Positions 49,631 to 61,846 are shown, counted from the first letter of the stretch. The stretch: 64,000 nt of DNA from Phormidesmis sp. (GCA_965248535.1 CBDFJR010000005.1:64001-128000), one strand, 5' to 3'. Program-made: numbers and translations. Notes: a model not told the origin generated them from the letters alone.

Positions 49631-51868
49631 ATGACCTCTATTAACTCTGCTGAATCGCTGGCTCCCTGGCAACAGCAAGCCAACCACTATTGGCTGCAAG
49701 GCCACTATGCTCAAGCTGCCCAACTCTATGAGCAAGCGATCGAGTCTGACCCCGAAGAGCGGTCTTATTATTGGCCCCTCGGCTTGCTGCTGCTTTTGCA
49801 AGGTGAGGAAGCTGAGGCCCAAACCACCTGGCTGTTTGCTTTGTCAGAGGGCGAACCCGATCAGGTTGAGCAGTGGGCTGCTGAATTGGCCCAAGTGCTG
49901 CAAACCGAGGCAGAGCGCCGGGAAGGGTTGACTGACTTCTCAACGGCGTGGGCGATTCGCCAACACTTGAGAGAAATTTGCCCCGATCGAGTAGATAACC
50001 GACTGCAAATCTTGCAGCTTGCGATCGAGCTTGATCAGTTCACCGATGAGACGCTCGACGAGTTGGAGTTGACCCGATCGCTGCGAGGAGCAGAGGTTAA
50101 CTCAGGGTTCTTGCTCCACGTTTTAGCCAGTGTTTTATATCACGCTGCCCCCACGCCATCGCTACTCAAATTCGCTGAGGGCTGCATTAGCTTAACGTCG
50201 GATACTCACGCTTTGATGCAGGTTTTGTTGCCCGCAACGATTCGATTTGCCCACAGCAAGATGAGTGCGGCCTTTGCCGCCGAGTTGGTTGAAGCTTATC
50301 TTCGCGTTGACCCTGACAACCTTGAGTTTTTGGGTCACTTAGCGTCTTTTTATCAAAACGCCAAGCAATACGATCGGGGCATTCAAGTTGCCGAACGTCG
50401 ATATGAACTGACGAATGATTTACCTGAAAAGATTTTTGCTAATTATCTCATTTTGCGGGGATTGTTAGGGGCTGGCGGCTATTGGCAAGAAGCACTCAAA
50501 ATCGCCCAACGACATGAGGAGTTGTTGCAGTCTTTGGTCGAGCAACAGCCTACTAACCTGCACTCGGTGCAGATTTCTCGGCTACTCAATTCTGCTTACT
50601 ATCTGGTTTATTTTTACGATCAGCCGCAGCGCTGGCGCAGTCTCGAAAACCAACTGCTGGAATTCTGTCAAAAAAATATTCAACTCAACGCCACTAACCA
50701 GGGAAGAGACTATCGGCACTCACCCCGCGATCGCGCCCCTAAGCGGCTCAAAATCGGCTATCTGTCTCACTGCATGGCCACCCACTCGGTCGGCTGGCTG
50801 GCTCGGTGGCTTTTGCAGCACCACGATCGCGATCGCTTTGAACTCTATGGTTATTTTCTCAGCTACCGAAAATTCTACGACCCTCTGCAAGAGTGGTATG
50901 TGAACCAATTTGATCACATTCACAGGGTCGAAACGATCGGTCTGGGCACCAACTTAGAAATCGCGGCGCAAATTCAGCGAGATGAAATCGATATTCTCAT
51001 CGATCTGGACAGCATTACTCTTGATCTAAGCTGTGAGATTTTGGCTCTCAAGCCCGCCCCGATTCAGACCACTTGGCTCGGTTGGGATGCCTCAGGCTTG
51101 CCTGCGATCGACTATTTCATCGCCGATCCCTATGTGGTGCCCGACTCTGCCCAAGATTACTACAGTGAAAAAATTATTCGCTTGCCTCAGACTTATATTG
51201 CTGTCGATGGGTTTGAAGTTGGCATCCCCACCCTGCGCCGCGAAGATTTGAATATTCCCCCGGATGCAGTCGTCTTTTTGAGCGCCCAGCGAGGCTATAA
51301 ACGTCACCGCGATCACGTCAAGCTGCAAATGCAGATTCTTCAACAAGTGCCCAACAGCTATTTTTTGATTAAAGGAATCTCTGATGAGAAAGCTATTCAA
51401 GCCTTCTTTGCAGACGTGGCTGAAGAAGTCGGCGTAGAACCTGATCGGCTGCGATTTTTGCCTGACGACCCTTCGACTGAGATTCATCGCGCTAATCTGG
51501 CGATCGCTGATGTCGTGCTAGACACCTTTCCCTACAACGGCGCAACCACCACCCTCGAAACGCTATGGATGGAGATCCCGATCGTCACCAAAGTCGGAGA
51601 ACAGTTTGCTGCCCGCAATAGCTACACCATGCTGATGAATGCCGGAATCACAGAAGGCATCGCCTGGACAGACAAAGACTATGTAGAATGGGGCGTTCGG
51701 CTCGGAACAGACGCGGCGCTGCGGCAGCAGATCGCTTGGAAGTTACGACAATCTAAAAAAACGGCTCCCCTTTGGAACGGCAAACAATTCGCTCGTGAAA
51801 TGGAAAAAGCCTACGAGCAAATGTGGGACACCTACACCCAGTCAGCCCCCTCAGATTCATCGGTCTAA
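49631..51868 (+). CDS. TPR-containing SPINDLY/OGT-family (GT41) protein O-glycosyltransferase
   Basis: N-terminal TPRs; LKIGYLS...HSVG, IDILIDLD, KPAPIQTTWLG, IDYFIAD, LDTFPYNGATTTLETLWM. Confidence 0.92.
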   Translation: MTSINSAESLAPWQQQANHYWLQGHYAQAAQLYEQAIESDPEERSYYWPLGLLLLLQGEEAEAQTTWLFALSEGEPDQVEQWAAELAQVLQTEAERREGLTDFSTAWAIRQHLREICPDRVDNRLQILQLAIELDQFTDETLDELELTRSLRGAEVNSGFLLHVLASVLYHAAPTPSLLKFAEGCISLTSDTHALMQVLLPATIRFAHSKMSAAFAAELVEAYLRVDPDNLEFLGHLASFYQNAKQYDRGIQVAERRYELTNDLPEKIFANYLILRGLLGAGGYWQEALKIAQRHEELLQSLVEQQPTNLHSVQISRLLNSAYYLVYFYDQPQRWRSLENQLLEFCQKNIQLNATNQGRDYRHSPRDRAPKRLKIGYLSHCMATHSVGWLARWLLQHHDRDRFELYGYFLSYRKFYDPLQEWYVNQFDHIHRVETIGLGTNLEIAAQIQRDEIDILIDLDSITLDLSCEILALKPAPIQTTWLGWDASGLPAIDYFIADPYVVPDSAQDYYSEKIIRLPQTYIAVDGFEVGIPTLRREDLNIPPDAVVFLSAQRGYKRHRDHVKLQMQILQQVPNSYFLIKGISDEKAIQAFFADVAEEVGVEPDRLRFLPDDPSTEIHRANLAIADVVLDTFPYNGATTTLETLWMEIPIVTKVGEQFAARNSYTMLMNAGITEGIAWTDKDYVEWGVRLGTDAALRQQIAWKLRQSKKTAPLWNGKQFAREMEKAYEQMWDTYTQSAPSDSSV

Positions 51869-51912
51869 TCCAGCGATCGTCATCTCCTATTCAAACCTGA
51901 AGCCTACCCAAC

Positions 51913-53643
51913 ATGATCCCCTCTCTGAAGATCTTAGTGATCACCAATCTCTATCCGCCCCAGGTTTTGGGAGGATATGAACGCTCGATCGCTGACCTGT
52001 CTCGACGATTGCAGCATCAAGGTCACGAAGTTTTAGTGGTGACCAGCGACACGCCGCAATTTTCTGCCTCTCACATCGGCAGCCACCCTGACCCAGTGCT
52101 CGATCGGGGCTTGTGGCTCTTAGGCGAGTGGTTGCCTGAAGGAGTTCGTTTGTTTGACCAGCAGCGCATCGCTGACGTAATGCAACACAATCAGGCAATT
52201 CTCAACCACCACTTAGACCACTTTCAGCCCGATGTCTGTTTGGCAGGCAATCTGCGGTTTGTGCAGCTAGAAGCAGAGGGGTTAGAGCTAGTGCTCTCTC
52301 ATCAAGTGCCCGTGGCTCACTATGTGATGAATGCTCAAGCTGATTATCTGCCGCAACACTCGCCCCGATCGCCCTTTTATCGTCTGATCACCTGTAGCGA
52401 TTGGGTCAGGTCTAGCCTTCAGGGGTTGGGCTATCCGGCGGCGGCAGCGCACACTATTTATCCGGGTGCTGATATTGATGCGTTTTATCAAGCCGAGCTT
52501 CCCCCTCACGATCGCCTACGCATTGCTTACGCGAGTTTGGTGACTCACTATAAAGGCGCAGACGTTTTAGTCGAAGCGCTCTCTCTGCTGCACGCAGAGG
52601 GAATTGAGTTCACAGCCACGATCGCCGGGGGCACCTTTCAGCCAGAGTTTGTGGAAGCTCTGAAGCAATTTGTAGAATCAGAAGGGCTAGAAAAGTTCGT
52701 CCACTTTGCGGGGGCATTGTCTCGTCAAGACCTGGTTCAACTCTATAAAACTCACAATGTGTTAGTGTTTCCGTCGCGATATCAGGAGCCGTTTGGCATT
52801 AGCCAAATTGAGGCCATGGCAGCCGGGCTAACTCTCGTCACCAGCGGCACGGGGGGCGCTAGAGAAATTGTTGAAGAACCGGGACAAGATGGATTGCTCT
52901 TTGAATCTGAAGATCCGTTAGATCTAGCCGATGTGTTGTCTTCTCTGCCGACAGACCCGGCTCGTTGGGCCGCGATCGCTCAAAGCGGTCAACAGCGATC
53001 GCGGGTCTTTAGTCAAGCCAAAGCAGTCGAAGAACTGGAGAAAGTTCTATTCGCGCTGGTAGCTTCAAAAGACACTCAACCAGAATCTATCATCAAACTC
53101 CATTTAGGGGGCACAGAACCCCATTCTGACTGGAAAATTTTAGACATCGAACCGCGTCCCGAAGTAGACTTTATTGGCGATGCTGCCGACTTAAGCCAGT
53201 TTGCCGATCACTCGATCGAGACCATTTATGCCAGCCACATTCTGGAGCATTTCCATTACTTACTAAATAATGAATTGCTCACAACTCTGGCAGAGTGGTA
53301 TCGCGTTTTGCGACCGGGCGGACAACTGATGGTGAGCGTTCCCAACTTGCAGACGCTTTGCTGGCTATATCTCAACCCCCATCTGATGCCCATGGAGCGA
53401 CACAGACTAATGCGAATTATGTTTGGGGGACAAATTAACCAATACGACGTTCACCGAGTTGGGTTCGACCCCGACACGCTTGCCCTATACCTTCAACAGG
53501 CAGGGTTTAGAGAGTGCACACAGGTGATTGATTTTGAACTGTTTGACGATTGCAGCAAAATGCAAATTCTCGGCACCCCCATCAGCGTCAATATGATCGC
53601 GACAAAGCCAGAATCAGCGATCGCTCCTCCTCTCAGTCAGTAG
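51913..53643 (+). CDS. GT4 glycosyltransferase fused to class I SAM methyltransferase
   Basis: ITNLYPP..LGGYE, KGAD, PSRYQEPFGISQIEAMAAG; C-terminal KLHLGG...IYASHILEHF...RVLRPGG. Confidence 0.88.
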   Translation: MIPSLKILVITNLYPPQVLGGYERSIADLSRRLQHQGHEVLVVTSDTPQFSASHIGSHPDPVLDRGLWLLGEWLPEGVRLFDQQRIADVMQHNQAILNHHLDHFQPDVCLAGNLRFVQLEAEGLELVLSHQVPVAHYVMNAQADYLPQHSPRSPFYRLITCSDWVRSSLQGLGYPAAAAHTIYPGADIDAFYQAELPPHDRLRIAYASLVTHYKGADVLVEALSLLHAEGIEFTATIAGGTFQPEFVEALKQFVESEGLEKFVHFAGALSRQDLVQLYKTHNVLVFPSRYQEPFGISQIEAMAAGLTLVTSGTGGAREIVEEPGQDGLLFESEDPLDLADVLSSLPTDPARWAAIAQSGQQRSRVFSQAKAVEELEKVLFALVASKDTQPESIIKLHLGGTEPHSDWKILDIEPRPEVDFIGDAADLSQFADHSIETIYASHILEHFHYLLNNELLTTLAEWYRVLRPGGQLMVSVPNLQTLCWLYLNPHLMPMERHRLMRIMFGGQINQYDVHRVGFDPDTLALYLQQAGFRECTQVIDFELFDDCSKMQILGTPISVNMIATKPESAIAPPLSQ

Positions 53644-53700
53644 CCACGAGTCAACGCAAAATCGTATACTGATCTAGCCTCTTTGCTAGGGATGTGACTT

Positions 53701-54342
53701 TTGGGTATCGATCTTCGCAGCTACGTCTATCTCGACAACTTGCAGCCTCAACACGCGGCTTATCTCGGCACCGAGGCCCTAGGCTTCTTACCCCTGCCCG
53801 GAGACGCTTCTCTGTGGATCGAGATTTCTCCTGGCATCGAAATCAATCGCATTATGGATGTGGCGATGAAATCGGCTGTCGTTCGTCCGGGGGTGCAAAT
53901 GGTCGAGCGGCTCTATGGACTGCTCGAAATTCACGCTAGCAATCAGGGTGAAGTCAAAGCCGCAGGGCGGGCCATTCTCGACAGCATGGGCGTTCGGCAA
54001 AATGAAGGTCTAAAGCCGCGAGTGATTTCTAGTCAGATTATTCGCAATATTGACGCTCATCACACCCAACTGATCAACCGCACTCGTCGCGGCAATATGA
54101 TTTTGGCAGGGCAAACTCTCTATGTCTTTGAAGTCGAACCGGCTGCCTTTGCTGCCCTCGCCGCCAACGAAGCCGAAAAAGCCGCCTTCATCAATATTCT
54201 GCAAATCTCGGCGGTGGGCAGTTTTGGGCGACTCTATCTCGGTGGCGCAGAGCGAGACATTCTTGCAGCATCTCAAGCGGTGGTGGCGGCGATCGAGAAC
54301 GTGGCTGGGCGAGAACACCCGACCGAGATGCGAAAGGAATAG
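53701..54342 (+). CDS. ccmP: Carboxysome shell protein CcmP (tandem BMC)
   Basis: [24 protein letters not shown]...[12 protein letters not shown]...VERLYGLLE...AANEAEKAA...[10 protein letters not shown]. Confidence 0.93.
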   Translation: MGIDLRSYVYLDNLQPQHAAYLGTEALGFLPLPGDASLWIEISPGIEINRIMDVAMKSAVVRPGVQMVERLYGLLEIHASNQGEVKAAGRAILDSMGVRQNEGLKPRVISSQIIRNIDAHHTQLINRTRRGNMILAGQTLYVFEVEPAAFAALAANEAEKAAFINILQISAVGSFGRLYLGGAERDILAASQAVVAAIENVAGREHPTEMRKE

Positions 54343-54344
54343 AC

Positions 54345-55256
54345 ATGGCAGACTCAAAGCATCTCAGGCTGTTGCAGCAAGGTGCAGTAGCGTGGATTGA
54401 TTGGCGATCGCGCCATCCGCAGATTCACCCTGACCTCAGCGAAGCCGACCTCAAAGGCGCAAACCTCCGAGGCTCAGATCTCAGCTACGTCATCTTAAAA
54501 AACGCTGACCTCAGTTGGGCAACCCTGATTGCTGCCAATCTCAACGGCGCAATTCTCAATCAGGCAACGCTGCTCAACGCCAAATTGATCGACGCAACGC
54601 TACAAAACGCTGAACTGGTAGACGCTAGCTTAGTCGCTGCCGATTTAACCGGGGTAGATCTTCGCGATGCTAATTTAATTGGGGCAGACTTAAAGGGAGT
54701 TAGCTTCGATCGCGCCGATTTAACCAGTGCCAATCTGATCGGCACCGAGTTGCGAGGCGCAACCTTTCGAGAAGCCGATTTAACCAGAGCAGACTTGAGG
54801 CGAACCGATCTCAGCGAAGCCCTGCTGCTCAACGCTAATTTTGCCTACGCCAATCTCAGCAACGCCAATCTCTATGAAGCCGAACTGACCGGGGCGCATC
54901 TCTATGATGCCGATTTGCAGAAGGCAAATTTGATGCGATCGCATCTCAGGAACGCCTATTTATTTGCCGCCAATCTCAGCCATGCCAATTTATCGAGCGC
55001 CGATCTATCCTGGGCGAATTTGAGCAAAGCCAATCTCACGGGCGCAGATTTGACCGGAGCCAATCTCAGAGGGGCTAATCTCACGGGCGCAGATTTGACC
55101 GGAGCGATCGTGACCAATGCCTGCTTGAGAGGTGCCAATCTCAGGGGAGCCAATCTCACCGATGCCAATCTCACCGATGCTGACCTTCGAGAGATCAAGC
55201 GCCACAAACTAAAGTTCAGCAGAGCAATAATGCCTGACGGCGAAGTTCATCCTTAA
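54345..55256 (+). CDS. Pentapeptide repeat protein
   Basis: Dozens of A(D/N)LxX repeats; ends AIMPDG. Confidence 0.95.
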   Translation: MADSKHLRLLQQGAVAWIDWRSRHPQIHPDLSEADLKGANLRGSDLSYVILKNADLSWATLIAANLNGAILNQATLLNAKLIDATLQNAELVDASLVAADLTGVDLRDANLIGADLKGVSFDRADLTSANLIGTELRGATFREADLTRADLRRTDLSEALLLNANFAYANLSNANLYEAELTGAHLYDADLQKANLMRSHLRNAYLFAANLSHANLSSADLSWANLSKANLTGADLTGANLRGANLTGADLTGAIVTNACLRGANLRGANLTDANLTDADLREIKRHKLKFSRAIMPDGEVHP

Positions 55257-55298
55257 AATCGTGAACCAAACCGATTCAGACAGGGCACTAGGAGCTAC

Positions 55299-55462
55299 CG
55301 TAAGGGCATGGCACTGCCGTGCCCAAGGCCCAGGCGAGGCACCGACAGAATCGAATCCACATCTTCTCAAGGATTCTGCTATGGGCCTGCCAGGATCTGC
55401 GTAAGGGCATGGCACTGCCGTGCCCAGGGCCCAAGTGATCCACCGACAGGACTGAATCCACA
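55299..55462. repeat. Two direct copies (101-bp period) of a ~63-bp REP-containing unit
   Basis: CGTAAGGGCATGGCACTGCCGTGCCCA...CACCGACAG...GAATCCACA at 55299-55361 and 55400-55462. Confidence 0.85.
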
Positions 55463-55510
55463 GTCCCTTATAAAACTTCAGCGAACCGTGCGAAACACGA
55501 ACATTAAAAG

Positions 55511-55584
55511 GGCGAACGAGGGGACTCGAACCCCCGGATGGTGGTACCACAAACCACTGCCTTAACCACTTGGCTACGCTCGCC
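55511..55584 (-). tRNA. trnH: tRNA-His (GTG)
   Basis: Minus strand G(-1)GCGAGCG acceptor, D-arm GCCAAGTGGTTAAGGC, anticodon arm GTGGT-TTGTGGT-ACCAC, T-loop TTCGAGT, C discriminator; CCA not encoded. Confidence 0.97.
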
Positions 55585-55731
55585 ATCACAGTTAGCACTA
55601 TAGCATTTGAGATGACCAGTCAGCTAGATTTTTGCAAATCAGAGAACAAAGTTTGTCCGATCGCGTCTAAGATTGTGGTTTCGCGTTCGCCGTCGGATGG
55701 TCGAGCGCCTGTGGAGGGGGATTGACCGCTG

Positions 55732-56124
55732 ATGAAGATAGTCAACCTGGTAGCCGGAGTCGCTGGCCTAGCGCTATTGGGCATAGCCATAACCCTGTCC
55801 GTGACCAACCCTAAACAGAAGGCGTTTGAGGAGTTTGCAGTCCAGCGCCTTCGAGAAGACGCTTGCAAAAAAGCGCCGTTGGGGTTGGCAAGCCAATGTC
55901 CAAGATTTGTGGATGATAATCAGGTCGAGATTAAAAAGGTGATCACCCGCAACACCGATCGCCGAGATTATCTAGTCTTCAGTTTCTATCAAACTGACTT
56001 GTCGGTGCGCGCGATCGTGCCCGATTTAGCGTTTTTGCCAGGAATGCCAACCTATCATTTTGAGACCGTTGGCTTATTTGGAAAATTCTATATCTATGAA
56101 GCAAAACAAGCCAAGCAGTCTTAA
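55732..56124 (+). CDS. DUF4359-family protein
   Basis: N-terminal TM, TNP, Cys pair, NT.R.DYLVFSFYQT, FETVGLFGKF. Confidence 0.8.
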   Translation: MKIVNLVAGVAGLALLGIAITLSVTNPKQKAFEEFAVQRLREDACKKAPLGLASQCPRFVDDNQVEIKKVITRNTDRRDYLVFSFYQTDLSVRAIVPDLAFLPGMPTYHFETVGLFGKFYIYEAKQAKQS

Positions 56125-56130
56125 ATTTTT

Positions 56131-56523
56131 TCATTTTCCCAGTCTCGCCATCATCGCTCCTAGCTGCACAAAGACCACACCTAAAGCGGCACTGCCCAGC
56201 CAATAAAGACTTGCGGCTGAAAAGTTTTGAGTTCTGATCAGATTTAAGGTGTCTAACCCATAGGTCGAAAATGTGGTGTAGGCACCCAAAAACCCGGTGG
56301 TCACCATCAGTCTCATTTCAGGAAAGGTGGGCTGATCGGCAAACAACGTAGCCAAAAATCCCATTAAAAAACAGCCGCTTAAATTGATGAAAAAAACCCC
56401 ATAGGGAAACGCAATTCCGAAGCGCTGAACTGACCAAACCGTGAGGTAATAGCGGCACAGAGCACCCGCGATCGCGCCGAGACTAATGGCGATCGGCACT
56501 CGAATGGCCGGATCTTGCAGCAT
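56131..56523 (-). CDS. crcB: Fluoride efflux channel CrcB/Fluc
   Basis: GAIAGALCRY, FPYG.FFINLSGCF, TGFLGAYTTFSTY. Confidence 0.96.
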   Translation of the reverse strand: MLQDPAIRVPIAISLGAIAGALCRYYLTVWSVQRFGIAFPYGVFFINLSGCFLMGFLATLFADQPTFPEMRLMVTTGFLGAYTTFSTYGLDTLNLIRTQNFSAASLYWLGSAALGVVFVQLGAMMARLGK

Positions 56524-56590
56524 TCACTATCGTCCTTTTGTCAAGAGAGTTCGACCTCTACAATAAAGGGGAGTTCGCTAGAGGGCTGTC

Positions 56591-57355
56591 ATGTTTCAAA
56601 CCGATCCGCCACGATCGCCTAAAGACTATTTGCCGACGATGTATGATTTGCCCAGCGAGAACCCGGAGGAACCTGGCTTGCCCGATGAGTTTCATTTACT
56701 TCAGCCTCGCTTGCTCGAAGAAACCTTCCTGCCGCCTGACTATCTCATCGAAAATGTGTTTGTGGGCAGCGATCTCAATCTTTATTATGATGTCCGCCAC
56801 ACAGGTTGGTATAAGCACCCAGATTGGTTTGGGGTCGTGGGCATTTCTCGACTTTATGAACAGCGCGACCTGCGTCTGAGCTATGTCACCTGGCAAGAAG
56901 GGGTCGATCCAATGGTGGTGGTCGAGTTGCTCTCACCCGGCACCGAGCGAGAAGATTTAGGGCAGACCTTACGAGACGTTGACCAGCCTCCGACCAAATG
57001 GGAAGTCTATGAACGGATTCTCCGCATTCCCTACTACATGGTGTTTAACCGCTACACCGATGAGCTACAGGTGTTTCGTCTCGAAGGCGGAAGTTATGGC
57101 AAGATTGAGGCAACGCCGCCCCGATTTTGGTTTGAAGAACTGCGATTAGGGTTGGGACTGTGGGAAGGAACGTATCAGGGAATTGAGCGGCAGTGGCTGC
57201 GCTGGTTTGATGCTCTAGGCAACTGGGTTCCGACCCCGTTAGAGCGGCAAACTGACCTAGTGGAGCAAGAGCGCCAGCGAACCGAAGAAGAGCGCCAGCG
57301 ATCGGAGCGATTAATCGCCCAGCTACGATCGCTCGGCATCGAACCCGATCTTTAA
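56591..57355 (+). CDS. Uma2-family endonuclease
   Basis: LPTMYDLPSENPEEPGLPDEFH, PDWF, VVELLSPGT, C-terminal ERQR coiled coil. Confidence 0.9.
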   Translation: MFQTDPPRSPKDYLPTMYDLPSENPEEPGLPDEFHLLQPRLLEETFLPPDYLIENVFVGSDLNLYYDVRHTGWYKHPDWFGVVGISRLYEQRDLRLSYVTWQEGVDPMVVVELLSPGTEREDLGQTLRDVDQPPTKWEVYERILRIPYYMVFNRYTDELQVFRLEGGSYGKIEATPPRFWFEELRLGLGLWEGTYQGIERQWLRWFDALGNWVPTPLERQTDLVEQERQRTEEERQRSERLIAQLRSLGIEPDL

Positions 57356-58404
57356 TCCAGCGAGAAATCTTTGAGGGTGGGCACGCCTTTTAGAAAAGAC
57401 CCCATCAACAGTAAACTGGTCTGGGTATCCAGGTTTCCGGTGCTCTTGATGCCAACCGATCGCTGAAATTCTTGCAGGGTTGATTTGAAGTCCTGTGACT
57501 TCTGCTGTAGATAGCCTAGACGCTTAAGATAATCGACGGCTTGAATATTAGTCAACGAAAGAACTTCGCTAGGTCGAAAGATTGGCACGTATTGCTCTCG
57601 CCAAATTTGGGCAAATTCCGCCCGATCGAGCAAATAAATCTTGCCACTGGAGGGATCGCCGATCGCCGCTTTATCAGCATTCATTGCCAGCAAGGCCACG
57701 GCATGAGAGAGCTTACGATCGCCATCGATCAGCCAAACGCCCAACACCCCCGGACGGTTGATTTGGCGCATCTGATCCCAGGTGGATGCAAGTTCGACCC
57801 CGTTGAGGTCAAAGCCACGGGCGGCCACAATTAGCTGCGGCATACTGGTGCCCATGCGACTGGTGCTGGCTAACTCAGCGACACTGGTTTCGGTAGCTTT
57901 TTGGAGGCCCCATCGCTGCAAAACAGTTGCCAGGGCAGACGGAGCACAGCTACTCATGGAGGTCTGCTTAAAAACGCCGTTGGACTGCAAATTGTTGAAC
58001 AGATCGCGGTGAATCGGAGCCAGGAAATAAGCTTCGGTGGTGGTGAATCCGCTCACTCCGATCGCCCCCAGCAGCAGCACGGTGAGCACCTGTTTGCGGG
58101 CGGTTTGGGCCACGATCGTCACCGCGACTCCGCAAAACCCGATCAGCATGACTCGCATCACCGTCCAGGTGGTTTGCATCCCATAGACGCGCCAGATCAA
58201 GGGGAAAACTTGCATCTGAGGAATGTTGAGCGCCAAAACGAGAAAGCCGACATAGATGCCAATAAACAGCAGCGCAACTGCATTTTTGCCTTTAAACAGA
58301 TCGTTTGCCGTTGCCCCTTGCTTTAAGAGCAGTCGCCCGACTCTATTTCCGCCTCGAAAGCATAAGATGCCCAACCCGACCGTCACGAGCGCTTCTATCA
58401 GCAT
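57352..58404 (-). CDS. Membrane-anchored C39-like cysteine peptidase with C-terminal peptidoglycan-binding domain
   Basis: Four TM helices; QTSMSSCAPSAL, SHAV, IGDP; LKRLGY...FQRSVGIKSTG.LD..T. Confidence 0.8.
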   Translation of the reverse strand: MLIEALVTVGLGILCFRGGNRVGRLLLKQGATANDLFKGKNAVALLFIGIYVGFLVLALNIPQMQVFPLIWRVYGMQTTWTVMRVMLIGFCGVAVTIVAQTARKQVLTVLLLGAIGVSGFTTTEAYFLAPIHRDLFNNLQSNGVFKQTSMSSCAPSALATVLQRWGLQKATETSVAELASTSRMGTSMPQLIVAARGFDLNGVELASTWDQMRQINRPGVLGVWLIDGDRKLSHAVALLAMNADKAAIGDPSSGKIYLLDRAEFAQIWREQYVPIFRPSEVLSLTNIQAVDYLKRLGYLQQKSQDFKSTLQEFQRSVGIKSTGNLDTQTSLLLMGSFLKGVPTLKDFSLD

Positions 58405-58621
58405 CTACCGTTTTTGAGCAACAATCGTCAGTCTAGCCTCGGCGATCGTCAAACTGTAAATCGTTAATTCACCGAACCTATCTAAATCGAAAACCGCTCA
58501 ATTGCTGGCATAATGGGAAGGTTTTTATGATTTGTCAGCAAAATCTGTGATTCTAAAGCACGGATTTGGTGACGATCGTTAAACTTAGACTCATAAGATC
58601 CCTCATCCTTCATCCTTTGCC

Positions 58622-60418
58622 ATGCGTAGCTACTACTGCGGTCAACTCCGAGCCAGCCATATTGGAGAGACAGTGACCCTCTATGGATGGGTCGATCGTC
58701 GTCGAGATCATGGGTATGTGATTTTCGTCGATTTGCGCGATCGCAGTGGCACTGTTCAAATCGTCAGCGACCCCGAACGGACTCCGGGTTCTTATCAACC
58801 CGCAGGCGATTTGCGAAACGAATATGTGATCAAGATTGTGGGACGAGTCACAAAACGTCCTGATGAGTCGCTTAACGCTAAAATTGCGACGGGCGAAATC
58901 GAAATTTATGCTGACGAGATTGAAATAATCAACGCGGTTCGCAAGCAGTTGCCGTTTCAAGTCTCCACGTCAGATAACGAGACGGTGCGAGAAGATTTAC
59001 GTCTGAAATATCGCTATTTAGATTTGCGCCGAGAGCGGATGAGTCGCAACCTGCAATTGCGTCATCAGGTGACTAAATCGATTCGTCGCTATCTCGAAGA
59101 TGCCGAAGGGTTTATGGAAGTTGAAACCCCGATTTTGACCCGATCGACTCCCGAAGGTGCCAGAGATTATCTCGTGCCGTCACGGGTGAATGCGGGTGAA
59201 TGGTATGCGCTGCCGCAGTCGCCGCAGTTGTTTAAACAGATGCTCATGGTGTCGGGCTTCGATCGCTATTATCAGATCGCTCGCTGTTTTCGCGATGAAG
59301 ATTTGAGAGCCGATCGCCAGCCAGAGTTTACGCAACTCGACCTGGAAATGAGTTTTATGTCGCAGGAAGAAATCATTCACCTCAACGAAGGTTTAGTCAC
59401 TCACGTTTTCAAAACCGTTAAGGGTGTTGAGATTCCGACTCCGTTTCCGCAGTTGACCTATGCCGAAGCGATGGATCGCTATGGCTCTGACAAACCCGAC
59501 ACCCGCTATGACTTAGAGCTAGTAGACGTGTCGAATATTCTCAAAAATTCTGGCTTCAAAGTCTTTGCTGATTCTGTAGCAAAGGGCGGCATTGTCAAAA
59601 TTCTGCCGATTCCGGGTGGGAACGAGGCGATCTCTAACGTGCGAATCAAGCCGGGTGGCGATTTATTTAAAGAAGCTGCCGAAGCCGGGGCACGAGGGTT
59701 GGCCTATATCCGAGTCCGTGAAGATGGCGAGATCGACACGATCGGGGCGATCAAAGACAACCTCACCGACGAGCAAAAACAAGAACTGCTCACCCGCACC
59801 GGAGCCAAACCCGGACATCTGCTGTTGTTTGGGGCAGGCGACACGATCACGGTGAATAAAACCCTCGATCGCCTCCGTCAAACCTTGGCCCGCGAACTGA
59901 ACTTGATCGATCCCGACAAGATTAATTTGCTCTGGGTGACCGACTTCCCGATGTTTGAATGGAACGCCGACGAGAAGCGCCTAGAAGCATTGCACCATCC
60001 TTTCACCGCGCCCAAACCTGAAGAGGCACACGATCTCAAAACGGCTCATGCTCAAGCCTACGATTTGGTCTTTAACGGCTTTGAGGTCGGCGGCGGCAGC
60101 GTGCGGATCTACCAGTCCGATCTGCAAGCCAAAGTGTTTGAAACGATCGGGCTATCAGCCGAAGAAGCAAACAACAAATTTGGCTTTTTGCTAGAAGCAT
60201 TTGAGTATGGCACCCCTCCCCACGGCGGCATCGCCTATGGACTCGATCGCTGGGTGATGTTGCTAGCGGGTGAAGAGTCGATTCGAGACGCGATCGCGTT
60301 TCCCAAAACTCAGCAGGCTCGGTGTTTGCTCACCAGTGCGCCTTCTAGCGTCGATGACAAACAGCTTAAAGAGCTACACGTTGCCTCGACCCACAAACCC
60401 AAGCCAGGAATCGCTTAA
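58622..60418 (+). CDS. aspS: Aspartate--tRNA ligase
   Basis: [67 protein letters not shown]. Confidence 0.99.
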   Translation: MRSYYCGQLRASHIGETVTLYGWVDRRRDHGYVIFVDLRDRSGTVQIVSDPERTPGSYQPAGDLRNEYVIKIVGRVTKRPDESLNAKIATGEIEIYADEIEIINAVRKQLPFQVSTSDNETVREDLRLKYRYLDLRRERMSRNLQLRHQVTKSIRRYLEDAEGFMEVETPILTRSTPEGARDYLVPSRVNAGEWYALPQSPQLFKQMLMVSGFDRYYQIARCFRDEDLRADRQPEFTQLDLEMSFMSQEEIIHLNEGLVTHVFKTVKGVEIPTPFPQLTYAEAMDRYGSDKPDTRYDLELVDVSNILKNSGFKVFADSVAKGGIVKILPIPGGNEAISNVRIKPGGDLFKEAAEAGARGLAYIRVREDGEIDTIGAIKDNLTDEQKQELLTRTGAKPGHLLLFGAGDTITVNKTLDRLRQTLARELNLIDPDKINLLWVTDFPMFEWNADEKRLEALHHPFTAPKPEEAHDLKTAHAQAYDLVFNGFEVGGGSVRIYQSDLQAKVFETIGLSAEEANNKFGFLLEAFEYGTPPHGGIAYGLDRWVMLLAGEESIRDAIAFPKTQQARCLLTSAPSSVDDKQLKELHVASTHKPKPGIA

Positions 60419-60474
60419 TCAAATTTCCTAGACTTCACCCTGACATCTCCGGCGAGATTGAGCACAATAGTCTT

Positions 60475-61846
<1,372 letters not shown>

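Noticed and set aside
54345..55256. Tandem DNA repeats such as GCCAATCTCA..
   Set aside because: Fully explained by pentapeptide-repeat coding.
55299..55462. Possible mini CRISPR array
   Set aside because: Only two repeats; similarity extends well beyond the palindrome; the sequence matches the dispersed REP family; no cas genes.
55260..55510. Integrative element at the tRNA-His 3' end
   Set aside because: No integrase and no duplicated tRNA 3' fragment seen in the window.
55209..55598. ORFs overlapping tRNA-His and the REP doublet
   Set aside because: Spurious frames across an RNA gene and repeats.
56524..56590. Fluoride riboswitch upstream of crcB
   Set aside because: The short divergent intergenic region lacks the GGCGATGG...CGCC consensus on the crcB strand.
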